Source: Aliivibrio fischeri ES114 (GTDB lineage Bacteria > Pseudomonadota > Gammaproteobacteria > Enterobacterales > Vibrionaceae). Taken from it: a stretch of 32,000 bases of DNA. The position numbers and the translations under genes are program-made. The notes below the pieces were generated by a model, which was not told the DNA's origin, did no database searches, and was given only the letters and a program-made list of their open reading frames with translations. Below, piece after piece: positions 28,864 through 32,000 of the stretch. The stretch is taken from the NCBI RefSeq assembly GCF_000011805.1, contig NC_006841.2; one strand, 5' to 3'. How positions within the stretch are numbered: position 1 is the stretch's first letter; the number at the start of each line of letters is the position of its first letter.

Positions 28864-30978
28864 TTAACTTACCGCTCTTACCTTTCCTGTTTTCAACTCA
28901 TTTAATACTTGTTCTTTTGGTCCATCAGTAATTATATGACCCTTCTCCATTACTATAAGTCGATCTACAACATCTAACATCGATGTTTTATGAGTAATTA
29001 AAACTAACGTTTCAGCAGGCTTTAAGTGTGAAAGCTGATTCTTAAACAGCATCTCTGTACGATTATCCATGCAGCTTGTTGGCTCATCTAACAACAGTAC
29101 AGGTGGTCGACCAATTAACGCTCGCGCAATAGCAACAGACTGACGTTGCCCACCAGATAATAATAAACCACCTTCACCAACTTGACGTTCTAATCCAGCG
29201 GGGTCTTGCTGTGTGAAAGCAGTAACACCTGCACGATTAGCCGCATCCATCACCTCTGCATCATCAGAGAGCTCGCGTCCAAGTACAATATTCTCTCGGA
29301 TAGAACCATAAAAGAGTGTTATATCTTGAGGTACACAGCCTATATTACGTCTCACATCAACATGGTGTAATTGTGAGATGTCGGTATCATCAATACGAAC
29401 AGAACCTGCTGTAGGCTTATACAGGCCCATAATAAGGCGTTCTAATGTGGTTTTTCCTGATCCAATACGACCAATAATTGCAACTTTCTCACCTGGATTA
29501 ATCGTTAAGCTAATATCACGTACCGCAGCCACTTCTGCTTCAGGGTAATTAAAGCTGACTTTATCTAATTCAATTTTGCCTTGTAAAATAGGGCGATGAA
29601 TATATCGCTTCTCTTCTTCCTGTTCATCAGGCATTGCCATTAATTCTTCAATAATCGTCATTGATGATTTTGCTTGATTATAACGACTTGATAGTAGGGA
29701 TATTTGAACCAAAGGGCCGATAGCTTTACCACTTAACATTGTTGATGCGATTAGGCCTCCCATGGTTAGATCACCATTAGAAATAAGATAAACACCAACA
29801 ATAATCATCCCTATGTTTACGGCCTGTTGAACAAAACCAGCCATATTTTGAATCGAATCAGTAATTCTTCGGCTTTTAATGCTCCAATTAGAAATATGTG
29901 TAACCGCTTCTTCCCAACGATACTGGTACTGGCTTTGTGCATTAAATATCTTTAACGTTTCTAAACCCACTAAACTTTCAATTAAGTTCGCATACTTTTG
30001 CGAGGACAAACGAGAACCTTCTTCAATCGTTTTCTTTAAAGGTCCTTGAATGATAGCGGCATGAATCAACAGCAATGTAATACCGACGACAGGAACTAAT
30101 ACAATAGGTCCTGCAATAAGATAAATAATAAATAAGAATAAAAGAGCAAAAGGTAAATCAATCAATGATGCAATCGTTGCAGAAGTAAAGAAATCACGAA
30201 TAGACTCAAATTCTTGTAAATGCCTTGCAAATGCACCAACAGAAGCAGGTTTTGCTTCCATTCGAATACCCAGTACTTTTTGAAACAGCTTTGATGAAAT
30301 TAATACATCTGATTTTTTACCTGCTACATCAATAAAGTAGCCTCTTAAGTATTTCAAAATAAAATCAAATACAAAGACCACAAAAATACCAGAAGCCAAT
30401 ACCCATAAAGATTCGAATGCTAAATTAGGTACAACTTTATCGTACACCAGACGGGTAAACATAGGTGTAGCGATTGCAAATATATTAATCAAAATAGAAG
30501 CAATAAATACATCTCGATAAATATGCTTCGATTCAAACAAAGTGCTCCAAAACCAATGACCTTCACGCTTTTTTAAAATCTCAGGTGAACGATCGTCATA
30601 TCTGAACTGTTTTTTTAGTAAGATATACCTACCAATGTATTGAGCTTCTAAGTCTTCAACGGAAATAGATATAGGTAACATGTCCGAACTTAATGTAATA
30701 ATTTCAGCTTCTTTTCGCTCAGCATCAAACCCAATTAAAACACACGACTCTCCACCCTTTAGCAATAAAACAACAGGTAAAATAAGTTGAGGAATAGAAA
30801 GTAACTCACCTTGGTTTTCTTTTGCTACTAAACCAGCTCTTTCTGCAGCACGAGAAAACAAAAATGGCGTTAACTTACCATCTTGTAATGGCAATCCATT
30901 AATCAATGCTTCTGGTGAATTTATTTGTCCGTAGTAACGACTAACATAACAAAGTGAATGTAATAATGAATCCTTCAT
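28864..30978 (-). CDS. lapB: Type I secretion ABC transporter (LapB/HlyB-like) with an N-terminal C39-like domain
   Basis: Walker A GRIGSGKTT, signature LSGGQRQ, Walker B VLLLDEPT, and a six-TM core. The N-terminal ~130 aa aligns by eye with the HlyB C39-like domain (LLHSLCYVSRYYGQINSPEAL versus YALEILAQYHNVSVNPEEI) and appears to lack the catalytic Cys and His. I place the start at ATG 30976..30978 (MKDSLLH...), 1 nt after the LapD-like stop. The 18-codon extension in the ORF track is rejected. Confidence 0.9.
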   Translation of the reverse strand: MKDSLLHSLCYVSRYYGQINSPEALINGLPLQDGKLTPFLFSRAAERAGLVAKENQGELLSIPQLILPVVLLLKGGESCVLIGFDAERKEAEIITLSSDMLPISISVEDLEAQYIGRYILLKKQFRYDDRSPEILKKREGHWFWSTLFESKHIYRDVFIASILINIFAIATPMFTRLVYDKVVPNLAFESLWVLASGIFVVFVFDFILKYLRGYFIDVAGKKSDVLISSKLFQKVLGIRMEAKPASVGAFARHLQEFESIRDFFTSATIASLIDLPFALLFLFIIYLIAGPIVLVPVVGITLLLIHAAIIQGPLKKTIEEGSRLSSQKYANLIESLVGLETLKIFNAQSQYQYRWEEAVTHISNWSIKSRRITDSIQNMAGFVQQAVNIGMIIVGVYLISNGDLTMGGLIASTMLSGKAIGPLVQISLLSSRYNQAKSSMTIIEELMAMPDEQEEEKRYIHRPILQGKIELDKVSFNYPEAEVAAVRDISLTINPGEKVAIIGRIGSGKTTLERLIMGLYKPTAGSVRIDDTDISQLHHVDVRRNIGCVPQDITLFYGSIRENIVLGRELSDDAEVMDAANRAGVTAFTQQDPAGLERQVGEGGLLLSGGQRQSVAIARALIGRPPVLLLDEPTSCMDNRTEMLFKNQLSHLKPAETLVLITHKTSMLDVVDRLIVMEKGHIITDGPKEQVLNELKTGKVRAVS

Positions 30979-30979
30979 A

Positions 30980-32000
30980 TTAAATGCCTTCCACTTTTTC
31001 ATTAATAAAGAAACCTTGGAATACATCAACATTATGCTCTGCTAGTAAATCCAATTGTTCTTTGTTTTCAACGCGTGATGCGATTGTTGTAATACCAAGG
31101 TTTTGTGCTGTTCTTGATATAGAAGCTAAAATATAGCGCTGTTTTTCATCATCTAACTGATGGGTAAAAAGATAATCAAGTTTTACATAATTAGGACGGA
31201 ATAATTTAATATACTCTAAAGATTCAAAATTACGTCCAAAATTATCAACGCCAAATTCAGCACCAGAAGAGCGAATTACATTACATAATAATGCCGTATG
31301 ATCTTCATTCTCAATGAATGCACTCTCTTGAATTTCAAAATGGAATAATGGTGCAATAGATTTATGTTTCTTCAGTGTCGTAGTTAACCAACGAACAAAG
31401 CTTGGGTTATCCACACTTCGATTTGATAAGTTAATCGCAACAGGTTGTGTTATTTCCCCTGATGAAACTCTTTCTATCATGGTTCTAATAACAAATTGAT
31501 CAAAGTAAGTCGTTTCATTCAGTTGTTCTAATGCAAATAAATACTGATTAGCAGAGTAACGTTGCTCATCTTTTTCTATCGCCGAAAAAACTTCTTGATG
31601 AAAAACAGTTCCGTTAGGAGTTGTGGCAAGCTGCAACGTAAATTGGAATAAGTGCTCATTAATAGCTTCATCAACAAACGCTTTCCATTGTTGTTTACCC
31701 ATCAATTCATGCTCACTTTCATCAGCAATAAAACCAAAAGGCATTTGAGGATTTGAATGGGCTAATGTTAATGCATTATCAGCAAGTGATAATATTTCAG
31801 TTGTCGTTTTCCTTGTTTCATTAAATACAACGCCAAGCTCAGCATCAATAGGCGCGGTTGCTGTTGGATCACCTTTAATATCTTGGGTATAAACCACAAT
31901 ATTTTCAGCAGCTAGTTTTAACTCATCTTCTTCAATATTTGGAAAAATAAAACCAAATTCAGAAGAGTTAATACGAGTCAGAATGACATTAGATGCAGGA
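30980..32000 (-). CDS. lapD: LapD-like inner-membrane c-di-GMP receptor: C-terminal part with degenerate GGDEF and EAL domains; the 5' end lies beyond the window
   Basis: The reading frame stays open upstream of the GTG at 31897 all the way to base 32000 (...PASNVILTRINSSEFGFIFPNIEEDELKLAAENIVVYTQ...). NSSEF (31955..31969) replaces GGDEF. The EAL domain has EVF (31586..31594) for EAL, DNFG for DDFG and SRVE for EGVE. The position next to the T1SS ABC gene and the adhesin supports the call. Confidence 0.75.
   Translation of the reverse strand, partial: PASNVILTRINSSEFGFIFPNIEEDELKLAAENIVVYTQDIKGDPTATAPIDAELGVVFNETRKTTTEILSLADNALTLAHSNPQMPFGFIADESEHELMGKQQWKAFVDEAINEHLFQFTLQLATTPNGTVFHQEVFSAIEKDEQRYSANQYLFALEQLNETTYFDQFVIRTMIERVSSGEITQPVAINLSNRSVDNPSFVRWLTTTLKKHKSIAPLFHFEIQESAFIENEDHTALLCNVIRSSGAEFGVDNFGRNFESLEYIKLFRPNYVKLDYLFTHQLDDEKQRYILASISRTAQNLGITTIASRVENKEQLDLLAEHNVDVFQGFFINEKVEGI

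Noticed and set aside
30979-31032. An 18-codon N-terminal extension of the ABC transporter ORF that overlaps the LapD-like gene.
   Set aside because: The internal ATG at 30978 sits 1 nt after the LapD-like stop. From there the protein begins at the point where similarity to HlyB-type C39-like domains starts.

Overview
This looks like a low-GC gamma-proteobacterial chromosome segment. Gene content and protein similarities suggest Vibrionaceae, possibly Aliivibrio-like, but that is inference only.

The left 14.4 kb is ordinary housekeeping and accessory content. In order it holds a truncated HAD hydrolase, a LysR regulator, an RND efflux pair (membrane-fusion protein plus permease), rlmF, yibL, arfB translationally coupled to a RecQ-family helicase, a DUF342/FapA-like protein, a Bcr/CflA-type MFS pump with a divergent LysR regulator, and pdxH.

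The right 17.5 kb is one functional locus.
- A 3,933-aa repeat adhesin (14524..26325, minus strand).
- A divergent TolC-family type I secretion (T1SS) outer-membrane gene coupled to an OmpA/thrombospondin-repeat lipoprotein.
- A convergent operon whose visible part is a LapD-like degenerate GGDEF-EAL protein (runs off the right edge) followed 1 nt later by a T1SS ABC transporter.

The adhesin has an N-terminal retention-module-like segment followed by a PAAG di-alanine motif. It then carries 7 cadherin-like repeats (113 aa), 15 Ig-like repeats (84-87 aa), a non-repetitive central module, a vWA domain with a complete MIDAS motif, and C-terminal RTX repeats. This matches the c-di-GMP/LapD/LapG-controlled LapA-class adhesin systems (LapA, FrhA/CraA, LapV, MpIBP).

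I could not support a wholly undescribed system from the sequence alone. The most interesting material is the fine structure of this adhesin locus: an exact 678-nt two-unit duplication, a mosaic higher-order repeat structure, an uncharacterised OmpA/TSP3 partner, no membrane-fusion or LapG gene in view, and a 539-bp AT-rich control region. A few small regulatory palindromes elsewhere are also worth a look.

No tRNA, rRNA, CRISPR array, transposase or integrase was seen. Domain boundaries inside the adhesin are approximate, and all similarity statements rest on by-eye motif recognition, not searches.
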